From: Octopus vulgaris
Lineage: Eukaryota
Assembly: GCA_951406725.2 (NCBI GenBank)
Contig: OX597824.1
Span: 51,708,001-51,772,000 of the forward strand
DNA length: 64,000 nucleotides
Direction: 5' to 3'
The first letter of the stretch is position 1. Each line of letters starts with the position of its first letter. Shown piece by piece: positions 1-12,887 of the stretch. Made by a program: the position numbers and the translations under genes. Under the pieces are notes generated by a model. That model ran no database searches, was not told where the DNA came from, and saw only the letters and a program-made list of their open reading frames with translations.

Positions 1-59
1 TAGATGGACAGTAACAGCTGATGGCGTTTACAAATATTACATAAGGTAATGATTTACGG

Positions 60-295
60 GCTTTAAGCAGAGATTGTGCAACCACCTTTCTTCGTTCAAA
101 AATAGGGAAAAATTAATTGTACGGGTTTGAGGTGGTTCATCTGGTCTTTAAAGGATAAGAACACGAAATATGATATTAGATGGATAATAATTAGTAGAGC
201 TTCACCATATAATATTGGGAACTCGAAGTGTAATTTCTGCTGGAAGAAATATCCCATATATTTACCTCTAACTACAATCGAAACGAATTAACTCT
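60..295 (+). mobile_element. Decayed Penelope-like GIY-YIG endonuclease C-terminal fragment
   Basis: Manual translation with a frameshift gives FKQRLCNHLSSFKN...GLRWFIWSLKDKNTKYDIRWIIISRASPYNIGNSKCNFC, collinear with the GIY-YIG ORF at 6070-6537 (FKTRFYSHKNSFK...LAKYVWELKE...WSILDRAASY...CKLC). Confidence 0.75.
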
Positions 296-566
296 GAAAT
301 ACGCGCAGTCTTTAGGAACGTATTCAAGTACACTCCAAATAAGGATTTTAGTCGGAGAGCCTAGTCAAAAATCGTAAATTTGCTCTAGTTAGTTTTTAGC
401 AATCTCATAAGAAACATAATTCCTCTTTAGTTTTTAATTCTCCTTTTATTTCCTCTTTCTTTTGATTCTTTTTAAGCTATCTGTTTATATTATACAGTAT
501 CATTCTATCTTCATTATGAGTGGTTAGTGAAATGAATGCATCCTGACCTAATTGAAGTTTCTTTTA

Positions 567-1829
567 TTCGGTTGGCAAGAAAGTAATTTCGTTTTCCGCA
601 AATAGTTACGATTTATTTGAATGACTTTTGTGAATGTAATGATGTTTTCTTTTTGACACTTGATAGCCATTACTTTAAGCTTACTTTAGAAGCAAATTGC
701 GCGTAATTTTGTTTACAGCTGTTAGTTCAGTGTCAATTTTAACATGGAGTGCAAAAACGAACACTTCCCCATATTTTTCTTTTTTTTATTTCAGCAAGAA
801 AGCTGCTGAGGCTCACAAAAGGATATGTGAAGTTTATGGTGTTGATTGCTTAACAGAACACACATGTCAGAAATGGTTTTAAAAATTCCGTTCTGAAGAT
901 TTTTCACTCAAAGGTGACCAACGTTTTGGTCGACCTACTGAAGTTGATGACCGAATCAAAGCCATAATTAAATCTGATTATCATTTGCGAGAGATTGCAG
1001 AGGTTAAATGTATCATACGCAGCAACTGGAAATCACTTAAAATGTCTTGGACTCGTTAAGAAGCTCGATATTTGGGTTCCACATAAATCGAAAGAGATTT
1101 ACTTAACAACGAATTAATATTTGCGATATGCATCTCAAACGCAATGAAATCGACCTTCCTTTTGAAACGAATCATCACTGGTGATGAAAAATGGATTGTC
1201 TACAATAATATCAATCAAAAACGATCATAGCTCAAGCATAATGAACCAGCACAAATCACATCGAAAGCTGAATTGCATATAAAAAAAGGTCATGTTGTCA
1301 ATTTTGTGGGATTACAAAGGTGTTGTGTATTTTGAGCTGCTTCCAAGGAACCAAACGATCAATTCAGATGTTTACTGTCAACAACTAATGAAACTAGAGG
1401 AATCAAAGAAAAACGGCCGAAATTAGCAAGCTGTAAAGGAGTCGTATTCCACCATGACAACGTTAAACCACACACGCCTTTATTAACTCGTGAAAAATTA
1501 TTGGAGCTTGGTTGAGAAGTGATGTCACAACCACCATATAGCCCTGATCTTGCACCATCAGATTACTATTTATTTCAAAGTTTGCAAAATTCTTTGGATG
1601 GTAAAACTTTCAATAATGGTGATGACCTGAAATCGCACCTGCTTCAGTTTTTAGCTGATAAGAACCAGAAGTTCTGTGAGCGCAGAATCATGAAATTGCC
1701 AGAAAGATGGCAAAATATCATCGAACAAAATGGGAAATATATAATTGATTTCAAGTTCATTCTTTGTATGATAGAAAAATGACTTTCAGTTCACACTAAA
1801 AATTCGAAATTAAATTTTTGCCAACCCAA
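567..1829 (+). mobile_element. Mariner (DD34D) transposon, full length, transposase disrupted
   Basis: Imperfect TIRs TTCGGTTGGCAAGAAAGTAATTTCG / CGAAATTAAATTTTTGCCAACCCAA, TA on both sides. Motifs WVPH, TGDEKWIVY, HDNVKPH and YSPDLAPSDY are spread over frameshifted or stopped frames (ORFs 697-882, 1519-1782). Confidence 0.95.
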
Positions 1830-2770
1830 TAATCAATAATACTAAGTATATAAAATAATCTATGCCCTCAAATTCTAAAAGGTCATTCTAAGTTTAAATG
1901 ATACTAAAACTATAGCCATATCGTATTTCAAAGCAATCTCTACTATCATGTGCACAATTTTATGATTTCCTCACCTAGAGTATAATATTAGAAAGACTAT
2001 ATAACACTAAATTCCCCAGTTCGCTTATCCCACCTACATGGGTCAAACCTTGAAAAATACCTGTATTTGAATGTCTACCCTGGATGAATAGGTACTGCAA
2101 AAAACGAACCAAATGCATATAAATGCTACATAAAAGGAGATTAGGATATTTATGCAGCAGAAACACGTGTCGGATTGAAATGTAATGAGAATTTATTGAG
2201 AATAATACTGTAATAAACAAGCTTTGAAGATGAATAGTTCTCTATTCTTCGTTAGAGTATATGATGCATTTATACGTATACATATATATATTATATAAAT
2301 TTACATACAATCATTTACACATACACACGCGCACACACGGACAGACGGACACAAGCACACACACGTACGCACGCGCGCACACACACCACACCACACCATT
2401 CACCCCCCCCCCCCCCAACACGCACACACAAATATCCACACACATGCATAAACGCTGTAAGCAATGTTGACATTTTAGCGGATTGTTAAAAATTGTTATC
2501 TGGTGATGACACTGCGATAATTGTTATTTTCGTTTCACCACGAACAGATACCAAGTTTTAACTCGAATCGTTTTCTTTCTTTTCCCTTCAACTATTTACA
2601 GACTTCCCTTATCAGAACTGATACCTTCATCATCTCACCTAACTGCTCTCCTCTTTTGGTCTCTCTCTCTCCTATTTAGTAACCACTTTTATTTATTTAT
2701 TCATTTATTTGTTGTGTATATATATATATATATATATATTGGTATGTATGTATGAATGTATGTATGTATG

Positions 2771-2820
<50 letters not shown>

Positions 2821-3414
2821 ACTTGTTTACGTTATTTAAGATGTTGTTAACTGCCATCTGGCTTTACCAACAAATTCTCGGCTCTTCCTCGGGTCAGGTT
2901 TTGTTGGGAAACATCTTAGTGGAGTTGAGGGATATTTATACTATCAATCGTAACCCCGTTTGGTCTTAACCCTCGATTAACTATAGTGTTTAAGAGGAAG
3001 AAAATTATTTTATTATTGTGAGTCATCACTGTGATATGACACATCACACCACATACTCCCAAGCGCATTACTCACAGACACTGACATTATTCTCCCAGGC
3101 AGATATCACACGCACCAACATCTATAAAAGTTCTTTCTTGGGTCGAATTCATGATTCTTTGAATATTGAAAACAATCCATTTATTATAAGTGCGTAATCT
3201 GTTCCCAAAACAGTGATGTAAATGTTGTGAGTCGGTGTGAAGTTAAATTGTGCTTTCTTTTGTTTAAATCTGAGGGTTGTTCGTCTTTCTGCCGTGTTGA
3301 AGGAAAGATGAAAGGTGTTGATAATTATAAACTTGGAGATTTCATGAAAAATGAGTTATTAAAGCTAAATTTATAACATACAAAAGGCAAGGATTGATGT
3401 ATTGAATATTGTAA

Positions 3415-3530
3415 TAAGACTTTACGTTCTGTGTTCAAATTCCACCGAAGTCGACTTTGCCTTTCATTCTTTCAGTTGCGGGTCCCCTCCCCCAAAATTT
3501 CAGGCCTTGTGCCTTGAGTAGAAAAGAATA
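3415..3530 (+). mobile_element. tRNA-derived SINE family A, partial
   Basis: GTTCAAATTCC B-box, GTCGACTTTGCCTTTCAT core and GGCCTTGTGCC...AGTAGAAAAGAAT tail match the copy at 48668-48890. Confidence 0.8.
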
Positions 3531-4074
3531 TTATAATCAGACAATTCTCAATTGAAAATATCCTCTTAGCTTCAGAAAATAAACAAAAGCTTAGTGGTAA
3601 TAGTCAACGATTCTCACAGAAAAGTGGAAATAATTCCAAGAATTAAAAGTTCAGTTTAAAACATTTTAATATACATGTTTTGGTGGCAACCTGTTATTTG
3701 TTATCAGGCAAAGTGATTGTTACCGACAAGTTTCAGTTTTTACCTCATATAAGTTCCTATCGGATGCATCTGTACTTTGCATATTTGGAAAATAAATGAA
3801 TAAATAAATAAATAAATAATAACAAACAAATAAATAAATAAATAAATAAAAAGCTCGTTCGGATGCTGTTTTCGGTTTCACACAGCAAATCTGATTTTTC
3901 TGAAAACTAAACTACATCTGTGTAGCAATTAAAAAAGAAAAAAATTGTGTGCGAACCATCTTTTGTTCATAGTATATTTAGGACTACATTATCAAAATTG
4001 TTCCTCATTATTTAAGTCCGTAGAGTATAATTTGTGGGAGACATGGCTACCAATTCTAGCAGGCCAAGCGATTC

Positions 4075-4360
4075 CCGGTTCTGGGTTCCAGGTCCCGAGT
4101 CCGATTTAACAGCTGAGCACCGTAGTCAAGTGTCACTTCCTATAGCCTCCGAAGCTGAACAGAAGGACACTGCATGAAAGCGCGTCGGATCGATTGTACC
4201 TGTAATTTAAAAGCTACGTACTGGGTCTGTCAAGGAATTAGGTAAGCGGTACACATGTCTGTGGAATACTCAACCAGTTGCATGTTAATTCAGAAGCAGG
4301 TAATTCAGTTGATCGAACAACTGAATCCTCACCGTCGATCGACGGAGTTACATCATCACC
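4075..4360 (+). mobile_element. Old tRNA-derived SINE related to the 43261 element (family C)
   Basis: 3' half (GTACACATGTCTGTGGA...GTTAATT...GTTGATC...CGTCG...ACGGAGT) parallels 43467-43575. Confidence 0.55.
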
Positions 4361-4361
4361 A

Positions 4362-4401
<40 letters not shown>

Positions 4402-4436
4402 ACATACACACACACATACACACATACATACATACA

Positions 4437-4470
<34 letters not shown>

Positions 4471-4553
4471 CATACATACATCACTTCAGCAATGTAACTA
4501 CACACGTGCTTACTTGGATCATTTTTCCCTTCTCCGAACCTTTCACTCTCCTC

Positions 4554-4586
4554 TTTCTGACGAAGAACCAAGCTCGAAACGTTATA
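4554..4586 (+). ncRNA. Minimal type I hammerhead-like motif (Penelope type)
   Basis: TTT-CTGACGA-A-GAAC-CAA-GCTC-GAAAC-GTT-ATA. Core intact, palindromic AACGTT stem III, stems I and II each with a mismatch. Confidence 0.65.
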
Positions 4587-4888
4587 CACCCACTCTTTTT
4601 TCCATCTTATACTGAACGTCAACCTAATATATTCTATGTGTACGCCCTTTTGACATTTGTTGTTTTATGGTTTATAATGTTCGATTAACATATATACACA
4701 TATACATACATATACACACGTAGAGTACATACATAGAAACAGGCACTTTATTGGCAAGAAATCTTGAAATTAAATTGAACAATGACAAACATACACATAC
4801 ATATATCTCTCTCTATATTTACACACACACACAGACATATATATATATATATATACTTTATTTAAAGCAGCTGAAAATTCAACAAAAT

Positions 4889-4926
4889 CTGTTACTCTGA
4901 GTTTCTCGTTGCCGTTCATCAGACAG
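4889..4926 (-). ncRNA. Minimal type I hammerhead ribozyme
   Basis: Minus strand reads CTGT-CTGATGA-A-CG-GCAA-CG-A-GAAA-CTCAGAG-TA-ACAG: stem I CTGT/ACAG, complete core, GUA triplet. Confidence 0.85.
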
Positions 4927-6069
4927 TTTTTGCTAGAATGGAACCGATATATCAATTCAATCCAGACTCTTACAAACGCTTCACCTTTTTTAAAAAATGG
5001 ACTTGTTTGACTGGCCCTTTAGAAATAACGGTCAATCTTCGAGCGATAAACAAAAAAAGAGCTCAAAAATATATGTATATATATATATATATAAAAATTA
5101 TAAAAATTATAAAAAATTATAAAATTCGAGGAAAAAACCTTACATTGAATAAAATACATATTGACGTTAATGAAGAAAATATAATTAATGCATAGAAATT
5201 AAAACTTATTATAAATATTACACTGCAATACATATTCATATTAAAGTGTACATATATATATCAACATACACAGAAGGATGCGTGCAAACGCCATACATAT
5301 ACAGACGTATAAATATAAATCTAAAATATACACACAAATGCATGCATACATATATGTACGCAATCTATCTCGCACGCAAGTTAAAATCATCGATGTAGCG
5401 TTTCTCATTTACTGAGTAAAGCTTAAGTAAGGGGGACGTAAAGTTGTATCAGTATCAGTTAGAGAAAAAAGCGAAAGAAAGGAAGAGAGAGAAAAAGGAA
5501 CGAAGAAGGGGGAAGGAAAAAGAAAAAGGAGGGGTGGGGAAAAAAACGAAATAAGAAAAATTATGTAACAAGCTGTGTAACCGCGTTATTGACATATATG
5601 GAGACAAGTATACAAATACACAAGTTCGAATGGATACATACACATACAGTCGTGTATGTGTGTGCTTAAGCACAAACATACGCTCATTTACACATACACA
5701 GATACGCATGCTTACAAATACATATCCACGGCTATACACATATTTATATAAAAATTCTAATTTTTGACAACATTGCTTTTTAAAAAAAGGTGAGTGCAAT
5801 AATGAAAAATACACGAAAGACATATAAAATACAACACCCTATTTTGGATCATCTATAAATTAAAAATCAAGGTAATCCTATACAATACAATAACATGAAA
5901 TAAACAAAGCCGAAGGTTTTTCCTAATGTATATGTAGAAATATAAGACTTTGCTATACGGAATGAAATCTGCATAGCGCGAAACAAATCCATCGTCGCGT
6001 TTACATACTAGTTCAAGAGTCAAAATCAAAATTTCAAAAATCAAAAATACAAAATATATACTCAATCCA

Positions 6070-6534
6070 TATGGTATATTTATATTTGACATTTTAAATT
6101 TGGTTGCGTGTCTACATAAATTCATTAGCTCACTTCTTTGATTCAAAGAATTATTGTCTTTGAATAAAATGTACAGTTTTTCTAATAGGCAAAGCTTGCA
6201 TTTAAAATTATTTCTGTGTGCTCCATGCCTGTATGATGCCGCTCTGTCCAGAATGCTCCATGTCACGTTGAAAGGTGGGGTTTCCTTTTCTTTTAGTTCC
6301 CAGACATATTTTGCTAGGCTGGTCCTCTTCCTATTCTCTGGGTATTTAAATGAATTTTTATGTGAATAAAATCGTGTTTTAAATGAATTTTCTGAAGCCC
6401 CTGTGTATATCTTGTATTCCGATGAGCCTTCTATTTGCACCTTGGCTCTATAAACTACTCCTTTCACTAGACATTTCCCTTCTAACGGACAGGAGTTTTC
6501 GTTTTTGAAATTGCATTTCTTAATGGGCTCGGCA

Positions 6535-6537
<3 letters not shown>
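6070..6537 (-). mobile_element. Penelope-like element GIY-YIG endonuclease domain, 5'-truncated at (TA)n
   Basis: Within ORF 5853-6653: KKCNF..CPLEGKCLVKGVVYRAKV...YTGASENSFKTRFYSH...CKLCLLEK...LNQRSELMNLCRH. This has the GVVY/YTG signature plus the Cys motifs typical of PLE endonucleases. Confidence 0.9.
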
Positions 6538-6570
<33 letters not shown>

Positions 6571-6790
6571 AGAATAATCTTACTTAGAAATGGATGCGTG
6601 CGTTCCGTCATATAATAAATTAATAAATAAAAGATATGCATATATACATACATATATGTACGTACCTACCTCTACATGTATATATACACGCATATATGGG
6701 TACAGGACACCAAAAAACGTCGAACACAATGAAAAACGAAAACATAAACACAACAAAAAATAGAGTACAGGACAAATAACACAAGGAAAA

Positions 6791-6926
6791 TTTCCCTTCT
6801 TCAGTCGCCATGGTTTCATCTACTCTGCGTTTCGAAGGTGAAGGCGATACGCATCTTCGATAGAAACTTTCCTTCCCGCGAAAAGCAAATTAAATAAAAT
6901 TTGAGATCTTTTTGCGGAGGGGTAAA
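6791..6926 (-). ncRNA. Candidate non-circularly permuted (pseudoknotted) hammerhead ribozyme, copy 1
   Basis: Minus strand order: TGCG-TA-TCGCC ... CCTTC-GAAA-CGCA ... GGCGA-CTGAAGA-AGGG. Stems I and III pair perfectly and four extra helices match copy 2 at 26629. Confidence 0.7.
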
Positions 6927-7294
6927 AATGGTAACAAAAACGAGTCCATATGAGAAGGCCTCCCAAGGTAAATAATGCAGTGATTTGTGTTCTAAAAAAT
7001 TACACACGTTAAGTTGGTGATCAAGATTACCTATATATATGTATATATCCAGGTTGGTACTGTAAGAGCTCTCAGATATAGTCCAGGTTCCGGCTAACTA
7101 CGTCTAGTAGTAAGAAGCACCAAGGATAGGTACTGCACATACTCGATACAGTAGAAATACGCGTCGGTCACTTTAACTAATTATGTAAATTATGCCGTAT
7201 AATTAACTGTGAAATTAAAAGAAAAATTTGAAAATGTAACAGTCTCCGTATTCTTTGTAATTGTTTTGGGTTAGTGTTAGGGTTTTAAATGCTT

Positions 7295-7551
7295 GATACT
7301 TATTCTATCGGGTTTTTTTGCCGATCCGCAAAGTTACGGGGTCGGAAACACACCACCACCAGTTGTCAAGCAGTGCTGGGGACAAATAGACAAAAATACA
7401 CACACACACACACGACGGGTTTCTTTCAGTTTCTGTCTACAAAATCCACTTACATGGTTTTGGTCGGTCCGAGGCTATAGTAGAAGATACCACCCCAAGA
7501 TGATCCCGAACCATACTGTTGGAAAGCAAGCTTCTTACCACACAGCCATGT
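7295..7551 (-). mobile_element. tRNA-derived SINE family B (internal microsatellite), partial
   Basis: Reverse complement of 27841-28240 (GGCTGTGTGGTAAGAAGCTTGC head, ACTATAGCCTCGG core, CCCGTAACTT). Confidence 0.85.
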
Positions 7552-7561
7552 CGTATGTATG

Positions 7562-7595
<34 letters not shown>

Positions 7596-7927
7596 TGTAT
7601 GTATGTATGTATGTATGTATGTATGTATGTATGTATGTATGTATTAAGCAATGGTAGATAATCTAGTCGTTGTTATCTGTAAAAAGAGAAGATAATCACG
7701 GCTGTAATATATATGGTCAGGAATTGGCTGGATTAGAGCTGATCTTGGAACTTAAACTTCTTTATTTTCTGTTTCCTTTTCTGTCTTTCATCCCCTCTCA
7801 GAATGAAACGACGATTTTGTATACTCAGCATTGTGAAAAGCTTTTCTCGTACATTTTTGAAATAATTTCTTTAAATAATGAAAATTATTCGCCATGTTTA
7901 GCAAATAACGAGCTTTCCAGCGTTAAG

Positions 7928-8356
7928 TGAAGAAGGAGAAGAAGAAGAAGAAGAAGAAGAAGAAGAAGAAGAAGAAGAAGAAGAAGAAGAAGAAGAAGAA
8001 GAAGAAGAAGAAGAAGAAGAAGGAGAGGAGGAGGAGGAGGAGGAGGAGAAGAAGAAGAAGAAGAAGAAGAAGAAGAAGAAGAAGAAGAAGAAGAAGAAGA
8101 AGAAGAAGAAGAAGAAGAAGAAGAAAAAGAGACTGAGGCTGACGATCCACTTTGTAGTTGTGATCTTCTATGCTAGTTCTCTGAAGAAGAAGAAGAAGAA
8201 GAAGAAGAAGAAGAAGAAGAAGAAGAAGAAGAAGAAGAAGAAGAAGAAGAAGAAGAAGAAGAAGAAGAAGAAGAAGAAGAAGAAGAAGAAGAAGAAAAAG
8301 AGACTGAGGCTGACGATCCACTTTGTAGTTGTGATCTTCTATGCTAGTTCTCTGAA
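7928..8356. repeat. (GAA)n/(GGA)n tracts with a duplicated ~58-bp unique segment
   Basis: Long pure trinucleotide runs. AAAAAGAGACTGAGGCTGACG...GTTCTCTGAA occurs twice (~8124 and ~8295). Confidence 0.95.
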
Positions 8357-9214
8357 AATTGCTAATCGTTAAGTTTATTATTTTATTGTTTTATTTCTTT
8401 TTTAAGTCTTTGTACTTTACAGAGAGGTCCGAGTATATCCCACCTCCACCGCAATAAATAAATGAACAAAAAGGAAGTAAAAAGCTAAAAACAAAAACTC
8501 CGATCCTTTGATTTACTTATGAAAGCAAACTCGTAAAAAGACATCATACTTCTTTAATTTTGGTCGTCTTAGATTCTCCAGTCGTATGTCAAACTCTCTT
8601 TAACGGGTTAGAGTATGTCTACTGCTGATTAAATAACGACTAATAAGATTCTAAGCACAATAGAATGGACTGCACCGACTTAATGAAAAATAATTATAAG
8701 AAGAAAAACAATAATGTTGACTTTTGCTTTAACATTGGTACAAACCTCAAATTGCAAGGGCGTGGGGCAAAGGGCGAAGGGTAAAGTAGAAACCCAAAGC
8801 TCGACCCTGTACATGTTTAGTCTTTATGCTTCCGAACCTGGAATGATAAAAAACAAAACTGAAATCCAGAAATGAGATCTTCAAATGAAATGCTATGTTT
8901 GGCCCGGTGGTCTTAAACAGAACTTCCATTTCTAACAGTAATAAAATAACCAACCTTATAAAACACAAGACCAATTATCCGGCAAGCTCGCGACCAGAAG
9001 TGTCCTTAAAATATAAAACAAATAGCATATCTGTATTGCTTAGTGCAATAGTTACACAAACCCATTAACTTTCTGACCGGTTAGATACTATAAAAGTATA
9101 AGTACACAAATTCTTTTAGAGAGTGCTTCTTTTCTGAATTAGTGATAACTGACTGATAACACAAACACACACACACGCGCGCGCGCGCACACACACACAC
9201 ACACACATAAAATC

Positions 9215-9625
9215 TTTCTTTTACTTTTTTCAGTGATTAGATTGTGACCATGCTGTGGCACCGCCTTGAAAAAATTTATTTTATTCGAATGAATCGGCCC
9301 CGGGACTTTTTTTAAGTGTGATATTCGATCAACATCTTTTGCCGAACCGTTAAGTTACGGGCACGTAAATATGCCAATTATCAAGCGGTGGTGAGGGACA
9401 AATACACACATACATACACGTACGCGCAAGCACACACGCATACGCACATGCACACACACACACGTGTCAGACTTCTTTCAGTTTCCCTCTCCGATATTCA
9501 CTCACAAGGCTTTGGTCGGCCTGAAGCTAAAATAGAAGGCACCTGCCCAAGGTGCCACGCAATGGGACTGAACACGAATCCATGTGGTTGGGAAGCAAGT
9601 TTCTTATCACACAGCCACGCCTATA
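9215..9625 (-). mobile_element. SINE family B, near full length
   Basis: Head, core, internal (CA)n and tail match 27841-28240 in reverse. Confidence 0.85.
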
Positions 9626-10012
9626 TGAATACATACACACATACATACATGGATATATATGTGTGTGTGTGTGTGTGTGAAACACACACATGCGTACGCC
9701 ATAATGTAATCCTGCATAACACTAAAAAGACAATCTTTACAGCAGGAATATCTTTCATCAGAGATCTCTGCTCAATGAGGACTGACCACCATGTGTTAAA
9801 CAACGATAAATATGTTAGAAATATCAGTCATATCTTCCTCAAATCACATCCTAATGAATTAAAAACAATCATACTTTCGTCGATGTTAATTGACTATGTC
9901 TGATTAAAAACAAACAAGCAATGCTTCTGACCGGTGTGTCGTTTGATTCTAAGTCTTTTCGATTTCATATCCCCTAAAGACAGCACTTCATTTTTCATAT
10001 TCACTCATTTAT

Positions 10013-10137
10013 CTCTTCTTCTTCTTCTTCTTCTTCTTCTTCTTCTTCTTCTTCTTCTTCTTCTTCTTCTTCTTCTTCTTCTTCTTCTTCTTCTTCTTCT
10101 TCTTCTTCTTCTTCTTCTTCTTCTTCTTCTTCTTCTT

Positions 10138-10230
<93 letters not shown>
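10013..10230. repeat. Compound (CTT)n(ATT)n microsatellite
   Basis: Seen directly. Source of the poly-L/I/R pseudo-ORFs. Confidence 0.98.
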
Positions 10231-10233
<3 letters not shown>

Positions 10234-11422
10234 CTCATTTCACTGATAAACCTTTTCAGTGGGCGAGCGCATGTTTATTTAGTATTGAATGTAAATGAAA
10301 CTCAAATAATCCGAAATGGTGACCATTCAAAGTTATTATGAAGCTTAATGTCGCGAAAAAAAAGTAATAGTAAATTGTGTCGTAGGCGACGCAAGTGAAA
10401 TCCCTTAATTTCATTGACACTTGCCCTTAGTTATACAATATCTTCTAGTAATAGCATGGACATTTCTGAAAGAGCAGCTCAGATATGTCGCTTCAACGTA
10501 TCATTGTTGTATACCCAACAATGAACACCAGTGAAAAGCCAGAAGAATGCGTTTGATATGCGATGGTGAGCTTCTTATGTTAGTTTAGGCCACAAATATA
10601 GTTATAAAATTATAAATCATTTTAAAATTTTGTTGATCCAACAATAAAAGCACCCACACAGACTATCGAAGGGTGACAGATGCTCGTCAAAAAAGACTCA
10701 GGTGACAACGTGGAACAAGTGATGCTTTATTTACATAACTGTATGAGTATAGGCAGAGAAATAGATTAAGAGACTGCAAAGAAACCTATATATGTGCTCT
10801 ATGCATTGTGTTCATTATATGTAATCTATAACAATTTACTTCTACATTTTTAGGACACTAAACCTTATGTTAACTTCATTCAATTGCCGGAGTAACAACT
10901 CTGTCGCGATGTATAACATTATGACTGTAGAGAGCGAATCTATCAATATGTATGGAGAATCGTTAATAAATATGTATGTATAAATATGTGTGTATCTAAT
11001 ACATACGCGAAGACGTATTATATAGTTTCTTATGGAAAAACATTTCAAAGCTATACTGTTTCACCTTATATTTCGTTTATCTCGTAATTCATAAAATCAT
11101 TTACTATAAAAATACATCTGTGAAAGATATAAATCATATTGACTGACGCTAATAATCAATTATTATGAATACATCTCCACCATCGACGTATAGAAGGAGT
11201 TTTTCCTATTTTAATCATAATTTATCTCCCCAAGAAAACAACTTTAAAACCGAGGGGAAATAGAATGAAGTGTTGGTTTATACAACCTGTTTATTATATA
11301 TTTAATTGGCTTCGAAACGTAATCTACATGCAGTCATTCGCAAAGATACATACAAGCAATCGCACAAAGATACATACAAGCAATCGCATACTTACCGTCT
11401 TTCACATATATATTTAAGGCTC

Positions 11423-11632
11423 AAATTTTGGCTCAAGACCAAGAATTTTTTTGGAGGGGACACGTAAATTACATCGATCCAGTAGCCAACTGGGTCTAAC
11501 TTTGTTGACCCCCGAAAAGATGAAAGACAAATTGGACCTCAGGGGAATTTGAGCTCAGAACGCAATGAGCTGGAAGAAATGTCGCTAAGCATTTTGCCCG
11601 ATGCACTAACGATTCTGCCAACTTGCCGCCTT
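11423..11632 (-). mobile_element. SINE family A
   Basis: Ends in CTAACGATTCTGCCAACTTGCCGCCTT, the reverse complement of the family A head. Confidence 0.85.
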
Positions 11633-11899
11633 CCTTGTTTATAAATACAACTTGAAGCATATCAAGCGGACCTTACAATCTTATCTTGAGCACCAAACAC
11701 GTGAAGCACAATTTGAAAGAAAAGCTGGTGGCTATATAAACACACTATCTAGAAATGTTGAGGCGTTAACCGACAAATATCTTAAACTACCTGTTCCATG
11801 ACGTCCATTTCATTCGTACTTGTATGTAACGCTTTGTTGCTGTTGTTGCTGCAGTAAACTGTTGTTTATTTTGATGTTGTTTTCTTGTTTGGTTACGTT

Positions 11900-12887
11900 C
11901 CTTTCAGTCGAGTTCAAACCTCGTCGACCTTATCTCTTCCCTTCATTCATTCCGGGTCGATAAAATAAAGTACCAGGCATAAATAAAGTATATATGCTTA
12001 GCGACATATATACTGAAGTAGATGGCATCGACAAAACCCCTCCCTCTACTTTGTGCTGAAACTAGAAACAATTATTTTGAGCGAATGGATCGGGAGAATC
12101 GTTAAAGTGTCAGAAAAAATGTCTGTAGTATTTAGCTATGACTCTTTAAATTCTAAGGTCAAATCCAACCGGGGTCGATTAAATAATGTACGAGTAGGGC
12201 AGTAGTACTGATTTAATCAACTAATTCCTCCCTGCTCAAATCTCAGGTCCATGTTTAAGAGGTTAGGGGCAGTGATTGGTAAAATCCTTAGAGCCTTGCG
12301 GTATTTGTTCCAGCTCTTTACGTTCTAAGTGCAAATCCTGCCTGGTCGCTTTGCCTTTCTGTCTCAATAAAATAAAATGAAATGATGGAGTTAATGGCAT
12401 AGACGTAACAACCCACCTCACAAAATTGCTATCCTTTTGCCTAATTAAGAAACAATTGGTGACTTGGTAACATCATTAGAGCATAGAAATGTTTTGTAGT
12501 ATTTAGTTACGAATCTTTATATTCTAAGTTTAAATGCTGCTGAGACGAACTTTGTCTATTGTCTATCGTTCTTCCTGTGTCGATAAAATAAAATACTAGT
12601 CACGAAAGGTGGGCAGGTGGCTTGCGTCTTTAGAAACAATTATTATTGTTGTTGTCTTTGCAAAAGCAGTGAACTGTCAGAATCGTTAGCACGCCGGACA
12701 ATGGACTAAACGGTATTTCGTCCGTCTTTTTACGTTCTGAAGTCAAATTCTATCGAGGTGGACTTTACCTTGTATCTTTTCGGGGTCGATAGAATAAGTA
12801 CTAGCTGAACACTGGGATCGACATAACCTTCTCCCCTAAGTTATCTCCCCCAAGATATCAGCCTTTGTGCCTGTGGTAGAAAGAATT
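11900..12887 (+). mobile_element. Cluster of about five head-to-tail diverged SINE family A copies
   Basis: Recurring head (GAATCGTTA-like), B-box (GTTCAAA/GTCAAATCC), GTCGATAAAATAA core and AGAAACAATT tail, roughly every 190-200 bp. Confidence 0.7.

Noticed and set aside
1519-1782. SETMAR or domesticated transposase gene (also 40156, 45679, 52390)
   Set aside because: All lie within TIR-bounded elements with stops and frameshifts, and there is no SET domain.
2855-2900. Minus-strand CCGAGGA...GAAT...TA hammerhead-like motif
   Set aside because: Two core mismatches and no stem I.
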